Source: Octopus vulgaris | Lineage: Eukaryota | Assembly: GCA_951406725.2 (NCBI GenBank) | Contig: OX597817.1 | Coordinates: 163,370,001 to 163,434,000 of the forward strand | DNA length: 64,000 nt | Direction: 5' to 3' | In this document: positions 15,508 to 28,645 of the stretch, one piece after another | Numbering within the stretch: the stretch's first letter is position 1 | Layout: every line of letters begins with the position of its first letter | Translations under genes and position numbers: made by a program | Notes under the pieces: generated by a model | The model's database searches: none | Seen by the model: only the letters and a program-made list of their open reading frames with translations | What the model was told of the DNA's origin: nothing

Positions 15508-15568
<61 letters not shown>

Positions 15569-15581
15569 ATATATATATGTA

Positions 15582-15624
<43 letters not shown>

Positions 15625-15673
15625 GTATATATGTATATATATATGTATATATGTATATATATATGTATATATG

Positions 15674-15709
<36 letters not shown>

Positions 15710-15753
15710 TGCATATATATTCATATATATATATATATATATATGCATATATA

Positions 15754-15788
<35 letters not shown>

Positions 15789-15814
15789 TATATATATACA
15801 TATATGCATATATA

Positions 15815-15895
<81 letters not shown>

Positions 15896-16235
15896 TATAT
15901 ATTCATATATATATATATATGCATATATATTCATATATATATATATATATAATGATATACATATATACATACATACATATATATGTATATATACATACAT
16001 ACACATATATGTATACACACACACATATATATATATACATATACATACATACATATAAATATGTACATATATATATATATATATACACATATATACATAT
16101 GTATATATATGTGTATATATATATATATATGTATGCATTTATATGTTTATATATGTATGTTTATATATACATATATATATCTATATATATATATATGTGT
16201 GTGTGTATGCAAATATGTATGCGTGTTTGTATGAA
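15508..16235. repeat. Compound (TA)n/(TATG)n microsatellite
   Basis: Direct reading. Confidence 0.95.
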
Positions 16236-16557
16236 TATATTGAAAGATTGTCGAAACGTTAATGTGATTCATACCATATTGAAGATATTCCTTATTCACT
16301 ACAAATTGGAATCTGTCGGTATGTGTATGTATTAATGCAGTATAGAAATATAGATGATAAACTAAGTATGCATTTCTGGTGTTAAGTAAATATTTGTCGA
16401 GATATTAATATAATCATAAATGTTAATGATTATAACTTATATTTCTACATTCAGCTTTATAACTGTTTACATTTGTTTTAGCAATAACGGATTGATAACT
16501 AGATAGATAGGTTTGTTGCGTGTATGTGCTAGTGTGTCTGTGTGTCTATCTATTGAG

Positions 16558-16595
<38 letters not shown>

Positions 16596-16664
16596 GTATA
16601 TATAAATTAGAGAAGAACCACCATGTAGCAATTCAACAATGATATTAATTAAATCAATGTATAT

Positions 16665-16753
<89 letters not shown>

Positions 16754-16858
16754 CATACATACACCAATATCTATGTATCTATATGTTTATGTACGCATAA
16801 GTACACATATATACGCGTATATATATGCATACACACATACATACATATTCACCTATAT

Positions 16859-16889
<31 letters not shown>

Positions 16890-16987
16890 TATATATACAC
16901 ATATATTTGTATTATATATATGTCTATGAATATATACATATATATCATATAAATATTATACAAATGTATATTTATACCACTATTATA

Positions 16988-17040
<53 letters not shown>

Positions 17041-17618
17041 ATATTTGTGGCAAGGAAAGCACGACTATGTTCTAGTATTACCTTTTTTATCATGTTTTCT
17101 CATAACGTCGTATGGAAAGAAAGCCTTAAAAAAAAACTTAAATCCAGAACATATCTGTTTTTTCGACATACGTCTAAAGAAAGGGTGTTCATGTACATAT
17201 ATAAGAACATTTGAGTATGTATGCATGTATGTGTGCGTGTGTGTGTGTGTATGTGTGTGTGTGTGTGTGTGTGTACGTGCGTAAACATATATATACATTC
17301 AAACGCATACACATATATATGTTAAAATACACACGTAAATATAAGTAGAATTGACTGACAAGAGAGTAGGGATATATGGGAATGAATGATGTGACTAAAA
17401 GAAATGGAACATATTTTTTTTACATCTGACTTTGAATAAGCAACATAAAAACCGTTTTGTTTTCTCTACAAAAATTATAATTTTGTTTCACACCTTTTTC
17501 CTTCTTTCATTTGATATTTTTTTTTTCTTTCTCTGCTTTCTCTCCCTCTCCCTCCCTTTCATTTTGCACTTTCTCTTTCTCTCTCTTTTAGTTCATCGTT
17601 TACTTGACTTTCACTGCG

Positions 17619-17867
17619 TTAAACCATTGGCTTAAATTCGCCGTCTTCTCGCTCTTCGTGTTTGTGTTGTTTTTCTCGGCGGGCAACTACGACAGGAACC
17701 GGGGAGTGATGTACGATGTAGTCGCTTACACTCCCCAAGATGGTTCTTCTTATTTTCCCTTGACCACGTGTTCCAGTTAAAACGTACGTTGCTTTTACTT
17801 CATCAATCATCGTAATGACGCCATGACCTGGTTTTGAGCAATTCACAACCCGAAATTTTCCATTGAT
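17619..17867 (-). CDS. Universal stress protein (USP/UspA domain) gene, last coding exon
   Basis: Translates INGKFRVVNCSKPGHGVITMIDEVKATYVLTGTRGQGKIRRTILGSVSDYIVHHSPVPVVVARREK...PMV*. Contains the USP ATP-binding motif G-2x-G-9x-G-S. Preceded by acceptor ttttgcAG (ct at 17868-69), phase 0; stop TAA at 17619-21. Confidence 0.93.
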   Translation of the reverse strand: MNGKFRVVNCSKPGHGVITMIDEVKATYVLTGTRGQGKIRRTILGSVSDYIVHHSPVPVVVARREKQHKHEEREDGEFKPMV

Positions 17868-18123
17868 CTGCAAAAGCGAATGCAAATATTTCAGTTAGAA
17901 TATACATAGATACATACATACATACATACAGACAGACAGACACACAGACAGACAGACAGACAGACAGACATACATACATACATACATACATACATACATA
18001 CATACATACATACATACAGACAGACAGACAGACAGACAGACATACATACATGCATACATACATACGCACAAACACACAGACACACACACGGTTACAACTG
18101 TATGTCTGTGCGTATGTGTGTAT

Positions 18124-18529
18124 AGGCGCAGGATTGGCTGTGTGGCAAGTAGCTTGCTTACCAACCACAAGGTTCCGGGTTCAGTCCCACTGCGTGGCAC
18201 CTTGGGCAAGTGTCTTCTACTATAGCCTCGGGCCGACCAAAGCCTTGTGAGTGGATTTGGTGGACGGAAACTGAAAGAAGCCCGTCGCATATGTGTATAT
18301 ATATATGTATGTGTGTGTATATGTTTGTGTGTCTGCGTTTGTCCCCCCAACATCGTTTGACAACCGATGCTGGTGTGTTTACGTCCCTGTAACTTAGCGG
18401 TTCGGCAAAAGAGACCGATAGAATAAGTACTAGGCTTACAAAGAATAAGTTCTGGGGTCGATTTGCTCGAGTGAAGGCGGTGCTCCAACATGGTCAAATG
18501 ACTGAAACAAATAAAAGAGTAAAGAGAGT
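18124..18529 (+). mobile_element. SINE family A with internal microsatellite
   Basis: tRNA-like head aggcgcagga..ggctgtgtgg; tail gactgaaacaa-(taaaagag); about 40-bp imperfect TSD 18084-18124/18530-18570. Confidence 0.85.
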
Positions 18530-18594
18530 ACACACGGGTACAACTGTATGTCTGTGAGTATCTGTGTACATAGACACACACACACACACACATA

Positions 18595-18993
18595 TATTAT
18601 TTACTAGGAGATGGATTAAGTGTTAGAACTTTATTGGGTTCAACATATGTTTTGACCCCTCAGTCTTTTAGCTGTTATTCATTTCCTAACTTGATAGAAA
18701 AAAAAGAACAAGCCAGCTGACACTAAAAATCTGTTCTGAGACATCTTTATCAATGTACCTGATGAGACCCAGACTGAGGGGTCGAAACATATGTTGTACA
18801 CAATAAAGTTCTAATACTGAATCCATCTCCTATTAATTAATACTGTTACCCTAACTGCCACTGCTGAGTTCCTGAAGTAGATTCAATGGAAGTGTACCAC
18901 AACTGCAGATGACTACAGGTAGTCTAAACTGTGCCGGTGTTCAACATTTAATCAACACTAATCAACTTATACTTATTTGTTCAAATTATTCAT

Positions 18994-18995
<2 letters not shown>
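18595..18995 (+). mobile_element. Non-coding Penelope-type pLTR element with inverted copy and hammerhead motif
   Basis: Imperfect inverted arms 18595-18666/18771-18842; microsatellite flanks. Confidence 0.65.
18754..18800 (+). ncRNA. Minimal type-I hammerhead ribozyme motif
   Basis: uguac-CUGAUGA-gaccc(agacugag)ggguc-GAAA-C(AUAU)GUU-guaca; all three stems pair. Confidence 0.8.
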
Positions 18996-19024
<29 letters not shown>

Positions 19025-19029
19025 TTCGA

Positions 19030-19605
19030 TAGGTGAATGAATTATCCTATGTTGGCCGTCAACATGGAAAATTCGATGAACCGATACCAGGGTAGCAAAT
19101 TCACGTCAGAATACAGAATGATACCCTTTAGTGAGCACATTGAGAAATGCGCAAAGCAACTACTACCACAATTTCTAATCTTTCCATTCTACCAATGTGC
19201 TATCGGAACACCAACACAAATTAGACTAAACAAGGAAACATTCTTCATTGAAAAATACAAGCCCAAACTTAACCATTCCAACATACTTATACAGAGAAAC
19301 TCAATCCAAAAGAAAGGCAAATAATTTTAAGCGATTATCTCCCTTACACCGGAAGAAATCACTTATTATCTAGATCACCGCTCAACGTAAACATAACGTT
19401 TTAAGAAATTTGAAAAGCTGAACGCGAAACCAGTCATTTCTTCTATACTATGTCATTGTATGAAAAAATTTATAACATTCTTCAGACATATTGACTCAAA
19501 TATATATTTTTTAACCTTTTAAAACAAGCCTTCTGTAGTTTTTTCATTTTTTACTATTTTCTATATATTCAACCACGTGCTTTCACATACCAACTTTCTT
19601 ACCTA

Positions 19606-19608
<3 letters not shown>
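19030..19608 (+). mobile_element. Penelope-like element remnant: GIY-YIG C-terminus plus pLTR-like tail
   Basis: SEHIEKC...FLIFPFYQ...IRLNKETFFIEKYKPKLN resembles the Penelope GIY-YIG end; followed by a degenerate hammerhead motif; bounded by (TA)n on both sides. Confidence 0.75.
19403..19442 (+). ncRNA. Degenerate hammerhead motif in the Penelope remnant
   Basis: 7-bp stem I aagaaau/auuucuu; core mutated to UUGAAAA; gc(ugaac)gc; GAAA-C-CA-GUC. Confidence 0.5.
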
Positions 19609-19654
<46 letters not shown>

Positions 19655-19659
19655 ATCTA

Positions 19660-20076
19660 TAGGCGCAGGAGTGGCTGTGTGGTAAGTAGCTTGCTTACGA
19701 ACCACATGGTTTCGGGTTCAGTCCCACTGCATGGTACCTTGGGTAAGTGTCTTCTACCTCGGGCCAACCAAAGCCTTGTGAGTGGATTTGGTAGACGGAA
19801 TGTGAAAGAAGCCGTCGTATATATGTATATGTATATATACATATATGTGTGTGTGTGTGTGTGTGTGTCTGTTTTTGTCTCCTCCGCCAACATCGCTTGA
19901 CAACCGATGCTGGTGTGTTTACGTCCCTGTAACTTAGCGGTTCGGCAAAAGAGCCCAATAGAATAAGTACTAGGCTTACAATGAATAAGTCCTGGGGTCG
20001 ATTTGCTCCACTAAAGGCGATGCTCCAGCATGGCTACAGTCAAATGACTGAAACAAGTAAAAGAGTAAAAGAGTAA
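19660..20076 (+). mobile_element. SINE family A
   Basis: Collinear with 18124-18529; (taaaagag)n tail. Confidence 0.85.
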
Positions 20077-21265
20077 ATGAACGTGCACGCACAGATATAC
20101 TTCCAGGCTTACGTGCGTTCGCGACTATTTACACACACAAACGCACGCAATACACTCATACACAAACATTTCCGCGAACAGTTCGATGCAATCTGCACAA
20201 ACTTTTGGAAATTTCTGTTCAGTACTCCTCCTCCTCCGTTACTCATAAATGGAAAGAAAAATCATTTTCTTCTTCGCAATGACGCTCTCTCGTTCTCAGT
20301 GATCATCATTATGGCTTCCGTGAAGCCAGACATGTCTAGCGGCGACTTGCTGTCATATTTCACGTGGGAGTAACTTGACACTTAGACAAATTGCTCTTGA
20401 GATTAGTAAAGTCTTAAACTGTGCCTGGTACGAGAATCTTCTATTAAAACCTCACCCTTTCACACTGCCTGAGCTTCTTATCATATTCTCATTTTTCATT
20501 ATTTTCTAACTTTGTCATTTTTCATTTATACCTTTTCGTTTCTCCATCGCTAATTGCTAATTTCTCAGTTGTCACTATCTTCTACCTGTTCCTTCCTCCT
20601 CTCATTCCTCCCTTCATTCCTCCTATCACGTTCATAAGTGCCCTAACTCATATCCACACTAACTTCTCTTAACGTCTTTTTGCTTAGTGTCTCCCGTTTT
20701 CTTTCTGACAATACACTCTACTCCCCTCTTTCACCTTCCCAACCTCTCCTGTTAACGGCGTAACACTACTGTCTCTGTACTGAGAATCTTCTGTCTAAGT
20801 TCGACTATGACCAACATCTCACTTACGTCCTTCGCTCCCGGTGGAGCACATGCTATCAATGACCTCACCCCTCTGTCCTCGAATCTGGGCTGTATGTTTC
20901 CCTGAGAGACGGCCTTCCTCTGCCAGATGTTGATTTTGAATCTTCATCGATGCTTCTGCAAATTTGCTTTTTTTAAGGTAGGAGTGTTAATCATATGCAA
21001 ACCCATTTTAACATCTGGGAAGAGGTGATCCGTATTAGTCTAACCTCTATATTTTAACCTTTCCAGCATGGACGGTCTTATCAGAAGCTTGCACTCCACT
21101 GACATTGCTCTCTGGTTTATGGAGGCACACAAAGCATCACACCGCAACAAAAACAGGACTTTGTGGTGGTATGACCAACAAGCTTCCCTAATTTTTTTTA
21201 TTTGACCGGGAGATTTCTACCAATCACTTTTATTCGAGTGTGAACTGAAAGGGGTTCTGTCATAC

Positions 21266-21500
21266 CTATTTTTTTACTACCCACAAGGGGCTAAACACAG
21301 AGGGGACAAACAAGGACAGACAAACGGATTAAGTCGATTACATCGACCCCAGTGCTCAACTGGTACTTATTTTATCGACCCCGAAAGGATGAAAGGCAAA
21401 GTCGACCTCGACGGAATTTGAACTCAGAAGGTAGCGGCAGACGGAATACGGCGACGCATTTCGCCCGGCGTGCTAACGTTTCTGCCAGCTCGCCGCCTTT
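21266..21500 (-). mobile_element. SINE family B monomer
   Basis: Full head-core-tail; TSD gggttctgtcatacc. Confidence 0.85.
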
Positions 21501-22149
21501 AGGGTTCTGTCATACCACCTCTCCAATAACTCTGGCGAGCGCTAAAATGCCTGTCATCTCCCACTAACTCTGTTACGTTCATTAATAATGTACCCGTTGC
21601 AATTCATTCTTTTCAGAACAAATTAATCTTCGCTTCACACGCAATGCGCATGCAGTCTAGATACTTCAGACAACTTACGATCTTCTTTCACGAAGAGAGA
21701 CATGGATATAACCATCTCCAATGGGGATATAAGAATCAACATTCTTTCGTCAATGCTCTCACACATACATAACATCACTGAAACTAAATCGCAAGCAAAT
21801 AATTAATTTGAAACCGATATTTTGACTCCAAACTATAATCTTTAATAACTTAATCAGAAGAAAGGCGACTCTTCTGTAACAGAAAATATTTCAGACCCAC
21901 GCAGTTGCAAAGTGTATGCACATACTCGATCACACGCAGATGAATATCCAAATATCTTAAACCGTAGCCGAAAGAAAGTAATTTAACTGGAGTGGAATGG
22001 CACCGAGTCATTCACGAACATACTATAACTCATGCTTTACAGCCTCGTTGTGTTTTATTGTGCTGTCTTCTCATACTACGACATTCACTTCTTTTCACTG
22101 TTTATAAGTACATATCTAGTGTCATTGAAGGGAGTGGGTAAATCAATTA

Positions 22150-22672
22150 CATTGACCACCCTACTAGTGTTCAACTGGGCGGTACTTATTTTATCGACCC
22201 CAAACGGATGAAAGGCAAAATCAAACTCGGTGGAATTTGAACTCAGAACATAAAGACGGACAAAATACCTATTTCTTTACTACCCACAAGGGACTAAACA
22301 TAGAGAGGACAAACAAGGACAGACAAAGGGATTAAGTCGATTATATCGACCCCAGTGCGTAACTGGTACTTATTTAATCGACCCCGAAAGGATGAAAGGC
22401 AAAGTCGACCTCGGCGGAATTTGAACTCAGAACGTAGCAGCAGACGGAATATCTATTTCTTTACTACACACAAGGGGACAAACAAGGACAGACAAACGGA
22501 TTAAGTCAATTACATCGACCCCAGTGCGTAACTGGTACTTAATTTATCGACCCCGAAAGGATGAAAGGCAAAGTCGACCTCGGCGGAATTTGAACTCAGA
22601 ACGTAACGGCGTACGAAATACCGCTGAGCATTTCACTCGGCGTGCTAACGATTCTGCCAGCTCACCGCCTTA
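22150..22672 (-). mobile_element. SINE family B trimer
   Basis: Three cores, one head; junctions at about 22269 and 22453. Confidence 0.85.
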
Positions 22673-22840
22673 TTTAGAGTCAAATTATTGAAATTACAGA
22701 ATTGTGTAAGAAATTTAGAATATCCTTATCTCCAAAATGCTAAATTTAAGTACAAATTTGTCATCGTACAAGAAAGGTTTCGGGAATATATAATGGTAAA
22801 ATAAGCATTAGAATTTTAATAAAATTGTTTTGAATCTTAC

Positions 22841-22932
22841 CTTTAATTTCTGCATCATCTCCTCGTAATGTCTACGGACATCCATGGAATGCGATTCTAT
22901 CTTTTTGCTCAAATCCTGTATTACACCTGGAC
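22841..22932 (-). CDS. USP gene, internal coding exon (92 nt)
   Basis: Acceptor tttgcttttcaatAG, donor AAG|gtaaga. Encodes (S)PGVIQDLSKKIESHSMDVRRHYEEMMQKLK; phase 1 in, phase 0 out, joining the last exon in frame. Confidence 0.88.
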
Positions 22933-23044
22933 CTATTGAAAAGCAAATATGTTTGGTTTAAAATCTAGCTGTGTCGTTCGTTTGCTTAAAAAATCTTTAT
23001 TTGAAAGTTAAATATCATTAAAAATACTTATACAAACACTGTAT

Positions 23045-23295
23045 ATCGGATCGGTTACACTCTAAGAAGAATTCCAACCAGCATTGCTAGACGAGTGTTA
23101 GAATGGTAACCTAAAGGAAAAGCGTTAAAGTTGGACGACCTCAGAAGATCTGGAAGGATGCGTGAAGGATGAAGCGAAAGCAATTGATCTCTCTTGTTTG
23201 GAAATCAAGAAGTTAGCCCAAGATCGAGTCCCCTGGCATGAAATTGTCGAGGTTTGTGCTCTTTAAGGAATAATGTGAACTAACTATAACTAACT
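23045..23295 (+). mobile_element. RTE LINE 3'-terminal fragment
   Basis: ARRVLEW*PKG, GRPQKIWKD, LAQDRVPW C-terminal motifs followed by a short repeat tail (aacta). Confidence 0.6.
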
Positions 23296-23382
23296 AATGT
23301 TAAATAGCCATGAAGACAACGTAATAAGTGTTTAAATAATAGCTGTAGTATAATTCTGTGTAAATATTTACTACATTTACAT

Positions 23383-23878
23383 GTGTGCCAGCAGGACAAT
23401 GCTCCCTCGCACTCGCCCAGGGTCACTATGGACCTCCCGCGACAGCACAACAGCAGAACGACGCCGTGGCCGGCTCTCAGCCCGGATTTGAACCCAACTG
23501 AACACCTGTGGGATGAAATCCAGAGATGGCTGAACCAGGTGGTCCCAAGGCCGACAACTCGTGTGGAAGTGGCAGCATCTTTTCTCAGGGTGTGGGCACA
23601 GGTGCCAATGGCTTTTGTGAACCGCTTCATGCACTCCATGTACCGACGATGTATGGTGTTTTGAACACACAGGGAGGGCAGACACAGTCTTGAACATGTC
23701 ACGCCCTACAATCTTGATGTGCTGGATCCGCCCACAACCAGAACACATGGTAACGACACATAGACTATGCATCCAAGAAATTGACTTAATCCGATTTATC
23801 AAAATTTATCTCTGACATAATGAAATTAAAACATATTTCACAGTGACACACGTCTCGCGTTTCTTTTGTGGTTCAGTG
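23383..23878 (+). mobile_element. 3' remnant of a second Tc1-family transposon with right TIR
   Basis: QQDNAPSH-34-SPDLNPTEHLW catalytic segment; ends ...cttttgtggttcagtg|TA. Confidence 0.85.
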
Positions 23879-24284
23879 TATAATATGATACGGAACTGGA
23901 AGAAACTGTGCTGAATTTTAAATATCCAAAGTAGGAGACTGGCTTGTTTTATGTGGAACAAGTTCTCAATAAATTTCCGGATTTGCATATGTGATAAAAA
24001 TATATAATTTTGAATTCACAGACCATGAAAACGAAAGCTATATCCTATAAATTAGCTAAAGAAGAAAAAAAAGAAAGACCTGCCCATGTAGGTTGACAAT
24101 TAAAAAGTGCTTGCATCAATTAACTTAATGAAATTTAGCAAATAAAGTAAATAGAAATATTAAAATGAAAAAATCAATTGCAGAAATTTACTTACAAAAT
24201 ACATTAGGTTGATCGCACTAAAATTAATTATAATGCAATCCGGTTAATTGATCACGTAAAATTAATTATACTCAAATATAATTT

Positions 24285-24714
24285 ATCTTTTACTTGTTTC
24301 AGTCATTGGACTGCAGCCATACTAGAGCATTGCCTTGAAGATTTTAGCCAAACAATTCGGCCTCAGTACTTATTTGAAGCCTGGTATTTATTTTGTCGCT
24401 TTCTTTTTGCCGAACCGCTAGTTTTCAGGCAGGTAAACAAACCAACACCGGTTTTCAAGTGGTGGTGGTGGTGGTGGGGACAAACATAAGCACACATCAC
24501 ACATACAATCTCTCCCTCTCACACACAGAGTCTCTCTCTCACATACATACACACACACGCATATACAACGGGCTTCCATACAGTTTCCGTCTGCCAGAGT
24601 CATTCACAAAGCATTGGTCGGTCCGGGGCTAAAGCAGAAGATACTCGTTGAAGTGCTGCTCAGTTGGATTGAGTTCGAAACCACGTGATTGTCTGCGTGC
24701 TTCTTAACCACACA
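24285..24714 (-). mobile_element. SINE family A, diverged
   Basis: Reverse-complement match to family A head, body and tail. Confidence 0.7.
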
Positions 24715-24734
24715 GTCGATAACTTAAAGGAGGA

Positions 24735-24767
24735 TTTAACGTTTCGAGCGGAGCTCTTCGTCAGAAA
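24735..24767 (-). ncRNA. Minimal hammerhead motif
   Basis: uuu-CUGACGA-a-gagc(ucc)gcuc-GAAACGUU-aaa; palindromic AACGUU in place of stem III. Confidence 0.6.
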
Positions 24768-24835
24768 CATAGAAAAAGGAAAGGTCCAAGGAAGGGAAGA
24801 CGGAGAAAGGAAATCGCCAACGATACACACGTGGG

Positions 24836-24871
<36 letters not shown>

Positions 24872-25739
24872 CATTTATATATATGCATACATATATTTAA
24901 TTCCAGGTATTTTTGCATTAGACGTGCCATTCACAAAATCTTGTGGGCCGCTGTTTACCGATGATTCTAGATCCCTCAATCTTTATATCGCGCTCTCTCT
25001 CTCTCTCCCATCATAAAAAGAAAGGACATATTCGATATTACAGTGCTGGGTAATATTATACTTGAAAACAAACCGATTGGTTTACGAATGGGACGCCTTT
25101 GCTCACAGGTATTCTCAATCAAGGATGACTTCAGGCGAAACTACAGCAAAAACAACAACAACTACAACTAGCTTTTGCTTTGTCATATTATTAACAATCA
25201 ACTCTTTCAAGACGAATTCCATTAACTATTCAGCTATTTATTTCATTCATCAACTCCATACATTAAGCTTCCTACGACAATTCATTTAAATATACCCCCA
25301 GGCGTGACTAGGAGCGAGTGTAATCCTACCCATGTTACGTACATTATACCACATCTATGTTCTTCTTTTCTGCTACCGCTGGCACACCGTTTATTGGCAA
25401 AATCAAAAGGAAAACGTCCATTATCTTTTACAGGTGTGATTCTAAACGGATATGCATTAATTAAGAATTTGCTGTCGGCGAATAGGCACATCGAGAAAGA
25501 ATATCTGCTAATTAACTACGTCCATACAATAGAACGTTTTACCGGTCCCGTCGTCTCGAAATGATAAACATATCTGTCAGACAAGCTGTAATTCAACAAG
25601 TACGTCAACATGTACATACAGGAAAAGAATAACATTATCCACACTCCGTCTCTCTCTTTCTCTTTCTCTCTCCCTCCACACACGCACATCTTAAAGTGTC
25701 GATATAGTTTTTCAAGTGATATTAACCAGACTGCGAAGC

Positions 25740-26135
25740 AGCAAGCCTGTAGAATCATCAAGCGCGCTGGACAAGATGCTTAACGGCATTTCTTTCAGCG
25801 TTACGTTCCGTGTTCAAATTACGCCGACGTCGACTTTGTATTTTCATCATTTCAGTGTCGATAAAGTAAGTGCCAGTTGAGTACTGGGGTGAATGTAATC
25901 GACTTAGCCCCTCCCCCGAAATTGCTGGCCTTGTGCCAAAATTTGAAACTGAGGAGGCGGCGAGCTGGTAGAATAGTTAGCGTACCGGACAAGATGCTTA
26001 GCGGCATTTCTTTCAGTGTTACGTTCCGAGTTCAAGTTACGCCGACGTCGCCTTTGCATTTTCATCCTTCCGGGATCGATAAAAGAACCAGTTGAGCACT
26101 GGCATCAGTGTAATTGGCTAGCCCTTTCCTCCTAA
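25740..26135 (+). mobile_element. Two older family B-related SINE copies in tandem
   Basis: Diverged heads and cores; the first has the older ccccgaaattgctggccttgtgcc tail. Confidence 0.65.
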
Positions 26136-26454
26136 AGAATAGTAATTCAATTGTTCAACACTTGAGCAAAACAATATAAAAATATATTACATCAAGTATA
26201 CAAATGAAATCAGGTCAGAACATATATGTATCATGTTAGTACATATCAATGCAGGAATTGCTCCCTTTGTAAGTATGTGGTTTCCAATTCAGGCCCACTG
26301 CGCGAACTCTTGGGTATAGTTCTGGCCGACCTTGTACCCGGGCCCTTGGCCCTCATCACCGCCCAACAACCAGTGTTGGTTGCTTACATCTCCTTAACTT
26401 AGAGGTTCGGTAAAAATAAACCGATAGAATAAGAACTTGACTGAAAAAATAAAT

Positions 26455-26970
26455 GATGAAAGGTAAAGTTGACCTTGGCGGAATTTGAACTCAGAACGCA
26501 AAGACAGACGAAATACTGCTAAGCATTTCGCCCGGCTTGCTAACGTTTCTGCCAGCTCGCCGCCTTATAATCTTTTCTACTCTAGGTACAAGGTCCGAAA
26601 TTTCTGGGGAAGGGGCCAGTCGATTAGATCGACCTCAATACGCAACATGTACTTAATTTATCAACCCCGAAAGGATGAAAGGCAAAGTCGACCTCGGCGG
26701 AATTTGAACTCAAAACGTAGCGGCAAACGAAATACCTATTTGTTTACTACCCACAAGGGGCTAAACACAGAGAGGACAAACAAGGACAGACAAACGGATT
26801 AAGTCGATTATATCGACCCCAGTGCGTAACTGGTACTTATTTAATCGACCCCGAAAGGATGAAAGGCAAAGTCGACCTCGGCGGAATTTGAACTCAGAAG
26901 GTAGCGGCAGATGAAATACCGCTAAGCATTTCGCCCGGCGTGCTAACGGTTCTGTCAGCTCACCGCCTTA
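26455..26970 (-). mobile_element. SINE family B cluster (fragment plus dimer)
   Basis: Heads end at 26567 and 26970; junction at 26736. Confidence 0.85.
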
Positions 26971-26974
26971 ATTG

Positions 26975-28085
26975 TCTCACAAATAGAATATTGACACTGC
27001 AGAAACTACTTGAAGGTGTCAGATCAAAAGATTTGAAAGCTGTACTAATTTTCATTAACTTCAAACAGGATTATGACTCCATCCATAGAGGAAAGCCTAT
27101 GTCAATCCTAGTTGCATATGACACACCTGATGCCATACTTTCTGCTACAAATGTACTCTACATAAATATGGAAGCGCAAGTTCTCTCTTCTAATGGTAAT
27201 AACCTAGGCTTTTGAAATCCTAGCCGGTATCTTTCATGGAGAGACATTGCACTGTATTTTTTCTTAACTGCTCTGGACTATGCTACGAGGGAAGCCATAA
27301 TTAATGAACAAATTTTCCGTTTCACAGTGACAAAAGCAGAAGAAAACGAAACCTACCAACTGTAATATGTGATACACATTTTGCTGATGACAGCTCTATT
27401 ATGACGTACTATTGGTGAAGCTCAAGAACTACTTCATAAAGTCGAATTCTCTGTGAGGAAAATTTGTCTACACATAAATGTTACCAAGACAGAGAAAATA
27501 TCGGTAAACCAAAAGGATGGAAATCTTCTCACATTGGATTATGGAATAATAAATCGAGTTGATGATTTTCTGTATTTTGGCAGCTGAATAAGTTCATCAA
27601 AAAAGGACATTGATATTAGAATTACCAAAGCCTGGGCTGCAATGAACAGAATGGAAAAGATATGGAAAAATCCCAAAATTAAAATATCATTCTTCAGAAC
27701 ATCTTTTGAGCCAGTGTTGTTGTATGGATCAGGTATATGGACGCTGATACAAGCACTTGAGAAGAAGTGCATACATTAAAAAGTGCTTGGGGTGTACAAA
27801 ATGTAAAGAGGCGTCAACGTATTACAAATGAAAGTTTATACGGAAACATACCCTAGATAACGTCTACAATTTCTCAAAGACGATTACAATTTGCAGGATA
27901 TTGCTGGAGAAGTAAGCAGGAAGTTATACACAAGATGCTATTGTTGGAACCAACTCACGGGAGACGTAGTGGAGGAAGACCTGCTCGGACAGTCATCGAT
28001 CAACTCCCAGACGTTGAAAACTTCAGTAAGGAATAGTTGCCACGAGCAATGGAAAATAGGGAATTGTGGAAGGCACTTGTCGAAA
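26975..28085 (+). mobile_element. RTE-clade LINE, degenerate RT to 3' end
   Basis: IFINFKQDYDSIHRGK, HFADD, FLYFGS, LLYGSGIW, RRLQFAGYCWRSKQE, GRRSGGRPART across stops and frameshifts. Confidence 0.85.
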
Positions 28086-28445
28086 ATATTCTACTGTGAT
28101 CACAAAAATATGTGTACATGTATGAAAATAGTATGTATGTATACGTCTATATATATATATGTATGTGTGTGTGTGTGTGTATACGACTATATATATCAGA
28201 AGGAAGTGTTATAACACTATTCCACATATACAAAAACAGCCATACCAACATACCTCCATCATCAGCTGCCCTGCGGATATCATTATGGTCTCGACACCTG
28301 GGCAGTACCATTCAATCTGGCGGTATCAGCAGCACTAAAATAAGTATTGTATGGGAACAAACATACTAAAGAAACCACAACTTTCAAACACAACACATTT
28401 ACCCTATGTACAACAGAATCTGTAAATAAATTCAATAAGTATATA

Positions 28446-28520
<75 letters not shown>

Positions 28521-28609
28521 AGAATTCACATATAAAAAACAAATGACGAAGACAGGTGGTGTAGACAACAAACAGATATATTAGTATAACGCTCGGCAAG
28601 TGAAAAAGT

Positions 28610-28645
28610 CTTTAACGTTTCGAGCCTACGCTCTTCTACAGAAAG
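28610..28645 (-). ncRNA. Hammerhead-like motif with variant core
   Basis: cuuu-CUGUAGA-a-gagc(guag)gcuc-GAAACGUU-aaag, in a short element beside (TA)n. Confidence 0.45.

Noticed and set aside
17868-17885. ORF-track start MHSLLQ for the USP peptide
   Set aside because: Intronic sequence upstream of the splice acceptor; the real frame comes from the 22841-22932 exon.
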